From NCBI RefSeq assembly GCF_000007225.1, contig NC_003364.1:1110001-1142000 (forward strand): a stretch of DNA of 32,000 bases, read 5' to 3'. Both the position numbers and the translations under genes were made by a program. Shown in pieces: positions 7,407 through 16,101 of this stretch (positions within the stretch are counted from its first letter, which is position 1; each line of letters opens with the position of its first letter). The DNA comes from Pyrobaculum aerophilum str. IM2 (lineage in GTDB: Archaea > Thermoproteota > Thermoprotei > Thermoproteales > Thermoproteaceae). The notes under the pieces were generated by a model. The model was not told the DNA's origin. It made no database searches and saw nothing but the letters and a program-made list of their open reading frames with translations.

Positions 7407-7761
7407 ACTCCCACAAGGCCTCCATGCACTTGACGGCCTCCTCCCCTTCCCACTTTCTGTACTCATTTAACCGCGCATCTGGATACCTCGCCTGTATATA
7501 ATGAGACTCCAGCGCCTCGGCGCACCTCATCGCCTCCTCAGGCACAGAAACCCCGAGCACTTTAGCCAATAGCGCCAGGAGCTCCGAGAGAGAGTGCGTC
7601 AAGGGTCGGGATCCCGTCAGTTTAATCAACACTCCCTTGAGCAGAAACTCCACGGACTGTTGCGCGAAAAAAGCCGCCGAGTCGTACCTATTGTTAATTA
7701 AATCCTCGCGGGCATAGTCGCGGTATCTTAACGCCTTTTTGATCCAAGCCTCGTAGCCCAC
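7375..7761 (-). CDS. HEPN-domain protein of a HEPN-MNT module
   Basis: DSAAFFAQQSVEFLLKGVL ... HSLSELL ... ESHYIQARYPDA is the classical HEPN (PF05168-type) helix pattern. GTG start at 7761. Confidence 0.85.
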   Translation of the reverse strand: MGYEAWIKKALRYRDYAREDLINNRYDSAAFFAQQSVEFLLKGVLIKLTGSRPLTHSLSELLALLAKVLGVSVPEEAMRCAEALESHYIQARYPDARLNEYRKWEGEEAVKCMEALWEYVRQVAGGVA

Positions 7762-7775
7762 AGTTAAAACTTGCA

Positions 7776-7788
7776 GTTATTTAAAAAC
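7776..7788 (-). promoter_or_regulatory. TATA element of the HEPN-MNT operon
   Basis: The minus strand reads GTTTTTAAATAAC, 15-27 nt upstream of the GTG at 7761. Confidence 0.5.
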
Positions 7789-8687
7789 CAAGAACTCCGC
7801 CGACCGGCCAACAAGCCCATCCCCAGCACACCTTTAGGGCGTAGGAGGAGCGAGTTCTCTATTTCTACAGGCGCACGTGAGATTGCGCCCACCAAGTGCG
7901 GGGAGGAGCCTCCGCGGGGCTGCGCCGCACCCACGAAGAGGTATGTCTCCTATACTTAACGTGACCAGCCGCTATATTGCGGTCAATGTCTGCGGCTCTT
8001 GTCAGCTCCCTCGTGACTTAGTTTGAGCCATATAAAGCCCCTCAAAGGCCTCTATGTCTTTAACTCCCAGGCGTTTCTGTAGAGGATGGCTTCTGCAACG
8101 CCCTTATCTTCCCAGGGGATTTAGTCCTCGGCGACTCGCCCATTTCACGTACTCCTCCAGCAGAGTTCTCGCCCTTCGCAAGTGCAGTTTTGGCTATCTC
8201 GGCGAAAGGGGGGTCTACATCTGCCTCTCAATCTGCGCGGTGTTTTCCCCACAGTCAACTCAGCTGTAAAACCCGCGATGATTATGCTGAAGCTCCTCGC
8301 GTCGTGTAGCCGCCTTGTTTTGACGTGCAAACTCCCGTTCTCGCCGCTCGTCGAGGAATACGGCGACTCTCCCCCTAGGGGCAGACAGCCCCGTCTCTCC
8401 CGCAAACCTCCGGGCCGTCTGCCTTTTGAGCTACGGGTACTTAAGCGCGGCGTAGACATCACATCCCCCGAGTCCGGCGATTGTCCCGCTTTTTTAAAGC
8501 TGGAAAGTCCCCCTAAATCTGTCCAAGTCCCGCAGACCCCTGTGGGTCGGCCTTAACAGTTTTAATGTAGCCCAATGTGCCGTTGTACTTTTGGGGAATA
8601 TGTACACTGCCCTTAAGGATCTGCCTATACGGCGGTCACTTGTTATCACTATTTTTGCTCAGTTCCTTCGGCGTGTTATGCCGCCTG

Positions 8688-8700
8688 TAATTTTTTTAAA
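8688..8700. promoter_or_regulatory. A/T-rich TATA element upstream of the 8721 membrane-protein gene
   Basis: TAATTTTTTTAAA is centred about 25 nt upstream of the ATG at 8721. Confidence 0.5.
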
Positions 8701-8720
8701 CACAGATCGAAGGCGTTTTT

Positions 8721-9116
8721 ATGTTATACGAAATTCTGCTTTCAATTCATCTGCTCTCTCTAGTGGGATGGGCCGGCCTCTCCACAGGCGCGTATTTAGT
8801 GGTGAGGGAAGTCGCGGGGAGCGTGTTGCCGAATTCATACAAAAGGCTTGTCCACGCCCAAGCCGCCTTTGCGGGGCTGCTCTTCCTCTCAGGCCTAACC
8901 ATGGCAGTTCTCGTATACGGCTTCCCCAAATCGCCGCTGTGGATACACTACGCCCTAGGCGTGGCGCTTGTCGCGGGGGCTATAGAGGCGTATCACGTCC
9001 GCGCGGCTAGAAGATACAGCGCTGAGAGATACCACAGGGCGATTAGGATGTTGGCGCCGGCCTGGGCTGTAATACTCGCAGTCATGTTATGGCTCATGGT
9101 CTGGAAGCCCTTTTAA
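8721..9116 (+). CDS. Small integral membrane protein (about 4 TM helices), function unknown
   Basis: There are four hydrophobic stretches. The ATG is placed correctly relative to the TATA. The overlapping ORF 8591-9010 has no protein-like composition past 8720. Confidence 0.5.
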   Translation: MLYEILLSIHLLSLVGWAGLSTGAYLVVREVAGSVLPNSYKRLVHAQAAFAGLLFLSGLTMAVLVYGFPKSPLWIHYALGVALVAGAIEAYHVRAARRYSAERYHRAIRMLAPAWAVILAVMLWLMVWKPF

Positions 9117-9200
9117 AACGCCAGGCGTAGAGCGTTAAGAACACGCCTCCACAACCGCTGGCGGAGCCTGTTTTAAAAACAGCTACAGCTTAATTTCACG

Positions 9201-10240
9201 ATGGGAGGGGCCGTGAGGGGAATTGGATTAAGTATTTTGGCTACATACCTCCTTTCGTTCATTTCAAGCTTTGTTTTCTCAAATGTTTTTATGTCTTCGT
9301 TATTTTCAGCAGGCGTTGATAAGACGAGGCTGTTCCTCCTCACGTTGGCCTTCTCCGCCTCAAGCGCCGCGGTGTATATCTCCGTTAGGCTGAGGGCTGT
9401 GAGAGAGCGGTATTACTTCATGTTCCCCCTCATCTGGGTTGGGCCGCAAGAGTTGCGTTTTTTCTTCGCCTCCCTCCTAGTGGGGCTGTTGGGAGTTCAC
9501 ATCTCCGCCGTGCTTCCAAGCCTTGTGAGCAGGGAGAGGCTTGGTAGAGTGAACGCCGAGAGGGCTATTGCGGGGGCTTTGGGGGATTTTGCAGGCATAG
9601 CGGCGGCGTTATTTATTAAAGAGCCGTGGCCTCTCCTGGCAGCCCCCGCCCTTGCCTTCGCCGGATTGATGCCTAAAATGGAGTATGAAAGAGGCGAGGG
9701 AGTTGTCCTATCCGTAGGCGTGCCTCTGTATCTCAACGCATTTCTATTGGGCATCGCTTACAGCCTCACCCCGGCCACGTTGGCTCTATGGGCGCGCGGT
9801 GAGAGCATCCCGTAGGCCTTGATATACACGGCTCCGTCTATTAGCAGACTGATAGGCGGCTTTACAGCCCGCCGGTTGCTTAAGGGGAGCTAGAGACAGC
9901 GATTCTGGCGACGCTGGGCATAGCGGCCGCCACAGGCGCCTTGGGCTACACCGGAGAGGTCGCGCACTGCTGGGCCTTGGCGTTTACAAGATGGTTTTTT
10001 ATGTATTTAGAGGGGATAGCCTACTCTACTTTTGTACAGGCTAAATTTAAGCGCTAGCTGCTGCCCGTGATTTTTACGACTATTAACGTGTCGAGCGAGG
10101 CCGGGAGGCTGGCCGGCTCGTTCCTCGTCCCCTTGATAATTTCGCTATCTGTGAGAGACGCCTTTTTAACCTCGGCGGCGTTAATGGCGGCCGCCGCAAC
10201 GGCGCTCGCCCCGTACTTAGCCTATAAGACCAGGCGTTGA
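9201..10240 (+). pseudogene. Polytopic transporter-like membrane protein (MFS-like), disrupted
   Basis: TM-rich translation continues past an in-frame TAG at 9813-9815 (LIYTAPSISRLIGGFTARRLLKG). It shifts frame at a G4 run (9884-9887) into ETAILATLGIAAATGALGY...VQAKFKR. It then crosses an in-frame TAG at 10055-10057 and continues as LLPVIFTTINVSSEAGRLAGSFLVPLII...AYKTRR to the TGA at 10238-10240. Confidence 0.6.
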
Positions 10241-10326
10241 GGAAATTCGCCGTTGCGCCCAGAGCGTCGGACTAGCGTCAGCACAAAGCGTTTTAAAGAG
10301 TAAAAAACCTGTGTTTTCCTCTAGCC

Positions 10327-11412
10327 GTGGAGATCTCAGTGGAGAGGAAGCCGCTGGAGCTAGGGGGGAGGTTGCCGAGATGCCTAGTAGTTTTTAAGGG
10401 CGAGGGCGGCGTGGAGATCGCCCGGATTTCTCTATACTGGATGCAGGGGAAGCTCTACGCCAAGTTTAAGGGGACGCGCGAGGCCGCAGAGCGCCTTGTG
10501 TCAATCCTTAGGGATCTCGGCGGGGCGGCTGAGGCGAAGCAATACGGCGGCAGTTGGTACGTGGTTTTAACCACTAACGCCATAGCGGCAATAGGCCACG
10601 GGGGGTGGAGAGACGCGGTGAGGGGATTCGTGGAGGACCTCCACAGCGCTGGGGTTATAGACGAGCAACGGCGCGATGCGCTTTTAGAAAAACTAGCCGC
10701 GGCGGAGAGTAAAATCCCGCTTGCTGGGGTTTATTTCAACGTTAATTACGACAAGTCGAGGGGAGCGCTTGCGGCCGTTTATAAGCCTAAAAGCGAGAAG
10801 AGGTTTAAAAAAGCCGTGGAGCTGTTAAAACGCTACGGGCTGGCCGAAGGGCTTCACTTCACTGGGGGGAGGACCCCGGGAGGCAGGTATTACATACGGC
10901 TGACTTACGACGGCATTAGAGAAGTGGCGAGGCGGGCCTCTGCAGGCGACATTGCGGCTAAAATCCTCGTCGAGAGGTTTAAGAAAGAGGCCTCGGCCTT
11001 AGGAGCTGGCGAGGCGGCTGAGAGGCTGATAAACTCGGCGCCAGGAGCCCGCAGGTTGCCGCTAATGGTGGAGGGCGGCGGGGCCGTGGTCAAGGCGCTG
11101 TCCGCCGAGCTTTCAGAGGGGTGTAGAGGGCTGGACTGTCGCCTCAAAATAACAGTTGAATACGAGGCGGGCGGCCGGACTAACCGCCTCTCTATTGTCT
11201 ACAGGTGGGAAAAGAGCGGAGGGGGATACGCGGCGAGGGCCGAGGTGAGGCTCGGAGACTCCGTTAAGGCGGCGGTATTAAAAGCGCTTGTGGGGGAGTA
11301 CGCTGTCAGCGCGGGCAAGGCTAAGTTATTCATGCGCCATCTGGAGAAATTAAGCGAATTCGCGGAGTTGGCAGAGGCCGTGGGGAAGTGGCTGAGGACA
11401 AAAGCCGAGTAA
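10327..11412 (+). CDS. PaREP2-like repeat-family protein (Pyrobaculum-specific, function unknown)
   Basis: Overall resemblance to the PaRep2 family as I remember it. There are internally repeated modules (10399-10593 and 10726-10926). GTG start with TTTTAAAGAGTAAAAAACC at 10291-10309 upstream. Confidence 0.55.
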   Translation: MEISVERKPLELGGRLPRCLVVFKGEGGVEIARISLYWMQGKLYAKFKGTREAAERLVSILRDLGGAAEAKQYGGSWYVVLTTNAIAAIGHGGWRDAVRGFVEDLHSAGVIDEQRRDALLEKLAAAESKIPLAGVYFNVNYDKSRGALAAVYKPKSEKRFKKAVELLKRYGLAEGLHFTGGRTPGGRYYIRLTYDGIREVARRASAGDIAAKILVERFKKEASALGAGEAAERLINSAPGARRLPLMVEGGGAVVKALSAELSEGCRGLDCRLKITVEYEAGGRTNRLSIVYRWEKSGGGYAARAEVRLGDSVKAAVLKALVGEYAVSAGKAKLFMRHLEKLSEFAELAEAVGKWLRTKAE

Positions 11413-11421
11413 CGCTCCGCC

Positions 11422-11901
11422 TTACTCGCCGAGCACGCGCCTAGTGAGCTCCTCCACTAACCTGCTCACTTTTTTCAAAGCGCTTGCCACTTGCTCCCGC
11501 GTCGCCCAGCCCTCGTAGAAGTTTATGTGCATGGCGTTTGCCTGGGCCCAAGCGTCGTGTACCCAATCGCCAAGCTCCCCGGCGATTTTACTGGCATAAC
11601 GCCACAGCTCTCCATGGGAGGACAGCCTAACTCCCTCCCGCCAGTAGGCGTAGGCCTTAACGGCAAGCGCCGCGGCTCCCCACGCCTTTTCGCTGGCCTG
11701 GCGCAAATCCCCCCTCTCCAGCCCCTCACCGGCGGCGGAAAGCAACTCCCTCGCCGCCTCTGCATATGCCCTGGCCCTCTCAGGGGGATCCGCGCCCGCC
11801 AAGGACACCTCCAAGAGGTAGTCCTCAAGGGAAATCCCCGCCGACTCTGCCGCTTTTCTAAGCCTTTTTGTTAAAACCTCAGGCAAGGAGAGGATCTCCA
11901 C
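11422..11901 (-). CDS. PaREP1-family protein (N-terminal RHH-like segment plus helical HEPN-like domain)
   Basis: EKAWGAAALAVKAYAYW ... SHGELW ... AMHINFYEGW matches my recollection of the PaREP1/PaREP8 family (PF05942). The N-terminus ILSLPEVLTKRLRKAAESAGISLEDYLLEV looks like a ribbon-helix-helix. Confidence 0.65.
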   Translation of the reverse strand: MEILSLPEVLTKRLRKAAESAGISLEDYLLEVSLAGADPPERARAYAEAARELLSAAGEGLERGDLRQASEKAWGAAALAVKAYAYWREGVRLSSHGELWRYASKIAGELGDWVHDAWAQANAMHINFYEGWATREQVASALKKVSRLVEELTRRVLGE

Positions 11902-11998
11902 GAGTTGAAATAAAGTAAATTAATTAAAGAGTTTCGACACTCTCCCTGCACTCCACAGCGCCGTTACTAAAGATTTTAAGTGGGATGTCTATATTTCC

Positions 11999-12388
11999 GT
12001 GAATAAAGACGCCGAGCTCTGGCTTAGACAGGCTGAGCGGGATTTAATTAAGGCAGAGAACGACTTAAAGACGGGCGATTGGGACTCTGCGGCTTTCTGG
12101 TCGCAGCAATGCGCAGAGAAGGCGCTAAAGGCTTTACTCTTAAACGCGGGTAAAGCATATAGAGGGCACGAGCTTTTAGAGCTGGCGAGAGTAATTAAGG
12201 AGGAGATCGGCGTTGACGTCTCGCCTATTGAGGAGGACTTGAGGGAGTTGACAATTCATTACGTTATATCCCGCTATCCAAACGCGGCGAATGCAGTGCC
12301 CTACGAGCTTTACGATGAGAAAAAGGCCAGGGAGTTAGTGGAAAGGGCCAGGAGGGTGTTGGAATGGGCAAGGCGAAATCTGCGCTGA
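11999..12388 (+). CDS. HEPN-domain protein (second HEPN-MNT module)
   Basis: DSAAFWSQQCAEKALKALLL ... GHELLEL ... IHYVISRYPNA is the classical HEPN pattern. GTG start. Confidence 0.85.
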   Translation: MNKDAELWLRQAERDLIKAENDLKTGDWDSAAFWSQQCAEKALKALLLNAGKAYRGHELLELARVIKEEIGVDVSPIEEDLRELTIHYVISRYPNAANAVPYELYDEKKARELVERARRVLEWARRNLR

Positions 12389-12705
12389 AATCTCAGACAA
12401 GGGCGTTGGAGCTGGCTAGATCTGCCGTAAACAGCGCCGTGTCTATATGCCGGGCGAGAGGCTGTAAAATCGCCGCGGCCTATCTAGTGGGCAGCAGGGC
12501 GAGGGGGGACTATCGAGAGGACAGCGATATAGATCTCGTCCTTATAGTCGAGGGCGTCGAGGGGCTGAACGCCCTGCAGAGACTGGAGCTTTTCAAAGAG
12601 GCCCTGCAGCCAAACGTAGAGCTCAGAGTATACTCGCCGTCGGAGTGGCACAGCGACAGCCCCTGGATGAGGGAGTTGAGGAGGGAGGCCCTGCCGTTGT
12701 ATTGA
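12364..12705 (+). CDS. Minimal nucleotidyltransferase (second HEPN-MNT module)
   Basis: YLVGSRARGDYREDSDIDLVLIV motif. It overlaps the HEPN gene by 25 nt. Confidence 0.85.
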   Translation: MGKAKSALKSQTRALELARSAVNSAVSICRARGCKIAAAYLVGSRARGDYREDSDIDLVLIVEGVEGLNALQRLELFKEALQPNVELRVYSPSEWHSDSPWMRELRREALPLY

Positions 12706-12764
12706 GGCGGCGACGTCGTCCGACCGGAGTTTAAAACAGCTATATGCGGGACGCCGGGCCTAGA

Positions 12765-13555
12765 TCACTTCGCTTTACGCATTTTCAAAGCGGCGTAGAG
12801 GGAAAGGGGTAGCCAGCCCAGAGTCCCGACGAATCCCGCCGGGTTTGAAAGCCATACCGGCTCGGGAGGGTATACGAGGTAGTAAATCCCAGCAAAGGCG
12901 TTGACTCCGCCGTGGAGCGCGGAGGCGCCCCAAACGCCATATCTAAGATAAATGTATGTAAAGAAGGGCGACGCGGCGGCACAATAGAGAGCCATGAGCG
13001 CTACAGACGGCGGCCAGAACTTCAGGAAGAAATTATGCCCTAGCATGAGCACGGGGGCGTGCCAAACCCCCCATAAAATGCCTGTCACAACAGACGCTTT
13101 AACCCAGCCTATCCTTTTGGCGAGTCTCGGCGTTAGGTAGCCGCGCCAGCCGTACTCCTCGCCGAAGGCAATAAATGTATTTACCACAAGCGCAAAGGGT
13201 ATGAGTAGAGGGGCCAATAGGTTCTGTACTTTTACGAGTTCCACTACTTCTTTTGGCAAATCCTCAGGGGGATGTTAAGACTCTTTGCTAAAACTAAGGC
13301 CAGCGACTCCCCTACGGCGGGCCTTATGCCGAGTAAATAAGCCACAATGAGAGTAGCTCCCGCCCATGCAAGGGGAAAGGAAAAGGGCTTAAACGCAGAC
13401 AGATTCAGCTCAGGCCTTTCTTTATGTCCGGACGCCAACACTCCAAGGGCAGGCGTGAACATTATTAACACGGCCCACGGGCCGCAACCTGAATAGTACA
13501 TTAACGGCATTAGGGCCTACGGAATTCCGAAGGCGACGACGAAAAACCTCCACAT
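12765..13555 (-). pseudogene. CPBP (CAAX protease / Abi) family intramembrane protease, disrupted
   Basis: Motifs FGEEYGWRGYL (EExxxR), GILWGVWHAP and ALHGGVNA. The gene starts at ATG 13555-13553 (MWRFFVVAFGIP). It has an in-frame TAG (plus-strand CTA at 13517-13519). It also has a frameshift at a 5-nt G run (13267-13271); one extra base there would read NIPPEDLPKEVVELV. Confidence 0.8.
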
Positions 13556-13761
13556 CACCTCACAGCGTCGGGGGATAGGCCGGGGGACGATAGTATGTAA
13601 GTATTGTCCGGACACTTCGACACCATTACCCACTCGGACGGCCTAACGACAAGCCCATAGCCGCTGGCCGAAACGCCGTTTTTAACCGACAGCTTTCCAA
13701 CCGCTATTTTATCTGTGCCAAAACCCATAGCTCTATAAATTTTAACGTCAGATGCGCGCAA
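13555..13761 (-). CDS. Hypothetical 68-aa protein whose stop overlaps the CPBP start (TGATG)
   Basis: Open frame with a TTG start and an A/T-rich element 13775-13800 upstream. The stop TGA (13557-13555) shares one base with the CPBP ATG. I recognise no family. Confidence 0.3.
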   Translation of the reverse strand: MRASDVKIYRAMGFGTDKIAVGKLSVKNGVSASGYGLVVRPSEWVMVSKCPDNTYILSSPGLSPDAVR

Positions 13762-13807
13762 CCTGTAAGGATTGAGAAAGGCTTTAATTTTCTTAAATTA
13801 AACAATT

Positions 13808-14956
13808 ATGTGGATTAAACGGAATATAGCAATGCTTTACGGCGTTGGTTATAGCAAGGGCTTTATCAACGGATTTTTATCGTGGTATCTATCGCTTAGG
13901 CTATACGACTGGGGCCTGGCGGTTTTCGCCGCCGTAAGGCTTGTGGCTCAAGTCCTGGACTCCCTCGCCAATTTGGCGGGGGGCTATCTGGCGGACAAAA
14001 TAGGCAGGAAGCCCACGTTGATTATAACCGACGTGATTTACGTTTCGTCGATCCTCTGTCTGTTGAGGTCTGAGCTACTGCCACTCGCCGTATTGCTCTT
14101 CTACGTCGCAGACGGCTTGCCCACATCGGCATCTTTTGTCATGCGTATAGAATCTGTGCCGGAGAACTGGAGGGGGAAGATCATATCAATAGGCCCCGCG
14201 CTTTCCTACGCGTCGTACGCTGCCGGCTCCTTCGCCTTGGGATTTATCGCCGCATCCTAAGGGAGCGCGTCGGCCGTCTACGCGATGTTGGCAATTTCTT
14301 GCGCCGGGCTTATCGCGAGGTTTTTCCTCGTCGAGACGTTGAGGAGGATATCCACGTCCACCTCGGCGGGCTACCTCAAGGAGCTGAAATACGTCTTTAC
14401 ATCCCGTGAATACAGTAGAGTAATTGCGGTAATGGCCCTCCTCGGCGTGTCTTTCGCCATTTCGCCGTTTTTAGCGCCGTTTTTAAAAGACGTGGCCGGC
14501 ATGGGCGATTACGAAATCGCAGTGTTTTTCTCGCTTTACAACCTAGTGCTAATACCCTTTTCGCTTATCTTAGGCCATTTGGTGGACAAGTACAAAGACT
14601 CTATTCCTAAATTCCTGGCTGTGCTTCTCTACCTCGATGCCCCCTTTATCGCCGCCTTCGCGCTATTAACCCCCGTCGCGCCGATATTCGCATACGCCGT
14701 ATTGGGAAGCGTCTTCCTGGCGTCGATATACAGAGCGGCGCTCAACATCTACGTATCCGACGTCTTTAAAACCCATAGGGGTCTGCTCGTGGCGCTAAAC
14801 GCAGTCCTCATGGCCAACCTCCCAGGAGTTGCGGTGCCGCTAGTCGCCGCATTGTGGGCGGCGCTAGGCCCTCCCCTGGCGATCTTGCTAGTGGCGACGG
14901 CGACGAGAATAGGAGCCGCGGCGTTGCTGTTAGCAAAGCACAGCCGCGCCCGTTAA
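13808..14956 (+). pseudogene. MFS transporter interrupted by a single in-frame TAA
   Basis: MFS motif A GGYLADKIGRKPTLI. ORFs 13808-14260 and 14285-14956 are in the same frame and are separated only by the TAA at 14258-14260 (..GFIAAS*GSASAVYAMLAIS..). Confidence 0.8.
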
Positions 14957-14994
14957 GGCGCCTTTTTAAACCGGCTAGTCGCCGCAACGATTTG

Positions 14995-16101
14995 TTACAC
15001 GACGGGATCTCTCAGCGGCCTGTCCCTCCTCACTAGGCCAGCCCTTAGCGCGTGGTCGGCCAGCGTAATGGCGGTCATTGCCTCTAGGGCGACTAAAGCC
15101 TTTGGCACTACTGAGACGTCGTACCTCCCCTTGAACTCTAAAACTGCCGGCTCCATTTTTGCTAAGTCCACAGTCCTCTGAGGCTTCCGCACTGACGGAG
15201 TTGGCTTAAACCACACTCTGAAATATATAGGCTCGCCGACGGTTATCCCGCCGAGGACGCCGCCTATTTTATTGCTCTCTAGGGCGGGCCTCCCGCTCTT
15301 GATTATTATTGGGTCGTTGGCCTCGCTCCCCCTCATTTTCGCCAGCGCCCTGCCGGCCCCCCAGTCCAGCGCCACAACGGCGGGGATTGAAAAAGCCGCC
15401 ATTGCCAACTCCGCCTTTATTTTCCCAAAGTGGGGCTCTCCCAGGCCGGGCGGCACGCCCACAGCCCAGATCTCCACGCCGCCTCCAACGCTGTCTCCCT
15501 CAGCGGCGTTTTTCCTCAGAGTCTCTAACATCGCCGCAAGTGCCTCGTCGTCTACAACGGGCAACGGCTTTGCCCAACTGCTCTTTACCTCCTCAAAGGT
15601 GTAGCTCCTCCTCACCTCTATCCCCCCCAGCTCAATTATATGGCCGCACACATCCACCCCCAATTGCGACAGCAATTTCTTCGCCACAGCCCCCGCGGCC
15701 ACAATAGCGGCTGTGGTGCGGCCGGAAGCCCTGCCGCCGCCTCTATGGTCGTAGAATTTGCCGTATTTCAAATAGTAGGCCAAATCGGCGTGGCCCGGCC
15801 TGGGCTTCATCCAAAGCTCGTCGTAATAACTAGAAATCGCCCTCTTGTTCCAAATGACTATTGCTATGGGAGTGCCCTGGGTGTGGCCGTTTTTTACGCC
15901 GGATAGTATCTCAAACTCCTCGGGCTCGCACCTCGGGTTTAGCCAGTGGATGTGGCAAAACATCCTCCTCTCCAACTCCCTTTTAATATCCTCCTCGCTC
16001 AGCGGCAGGCCTGCAGGCACGCCGTCAATTACCACGCCGACTGCCTTGCCGTGAGACTCGCCAAAGGTAGTTATTCTGAACTCCCTGCCGAAAGTGTTCA
16101 T
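14995..16101 (-). CDS. aroC: Chorismate synthase
   Basis: [32 protein letters not shown] and family-wide similarity. ATG 16101 is preferred over the track start 16164 because it forms an ATGA overlap with the aroE stop (16098-16101). Confidence 0.95.
   Translation of the reverse strand: MNTFGREFRITTFGESHGKAVGVVIDGVPAGLPLSEEDIKRELERRMFCHIHWLNPRCEPEEFEILSGVKNGHTQGTPIAIVIWNKRAISSYYDELWMKPRPGHADLAYYLKYGKFYDHRGGGRASGRTTAAIVAAGAVAKKLLSQLGVDVCGHIIELGGIEVRRSYTFEEVKSSWAKPLPVVDDEALAAMLETLRKNAAEGDSVGGGVEIWAVGVPPGLGEPHFGKIKAELAMAAFSIPAVVALDWGAGRALAKMRGSEANDPIIIKSGRPALESNKIGGVLGGITVGEPIYFRVWFKPTPSVRKPQRTVDLAKMEPAVLEFKGRYDVSVVPKALVALEAMTAITLADHALRAGLVRRDRPLRDPVV

Noticed and set aside
8278-8290. C/D-box sRNA candidates: ATGATTA followed by CTGA at 8278-8290, and minus-strand ATGATAG ... 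CTGA around 3890-3930.
   Set aside because: The box sequences deviate at the essential GA positions. The spacing (2 nt and about 26 nt) is incompatible with the C-guide-D'/C'-guide-D architecture.
8502-8513. GGAAAGTCCCCC resembles the universally conserved CR-I/P4 segment of RNase P RNA.
   Set aside because: No downstream complement for the P4 3' strand (GGGGGCTT-like) or ACAGAA-type CR-V was found. The motif sits directly after a T6AAAG tract with no G/C-rich P1-P3 helices upstream. A 9-mer match is plausible by chance in 64 kb of two-strand sequence.
7870-8634. Protein-like fragments on the minus strand (VITSDRRIGRSLRAVYIF..., LKRQTARRFAGETGLS..., FAEIAKTALAKGENSAGGV..., VTRELTRAADIDRNIAAGHV...) suggested a decayed gene.
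   Set aside because: All fragments lie in one frame, which contains 8 stop codons in about 255 codons, close to random expectation. I recognise no family motif. So this is not callable as a pseudogene.
8591-9010. The 139-aa track ORF overlapping the 8721-9116 membrane-protein gene was considered as an alternative gene call.
   Set aside because: Beyond 8720 its translation is Arg/Ser/Gly-rich and not protein-like. It starts with TTG and lacks a suitably placed TATA, whereas the 8721 ATG sits 25 nt from a strong TATA and encodes four clean TM helices.
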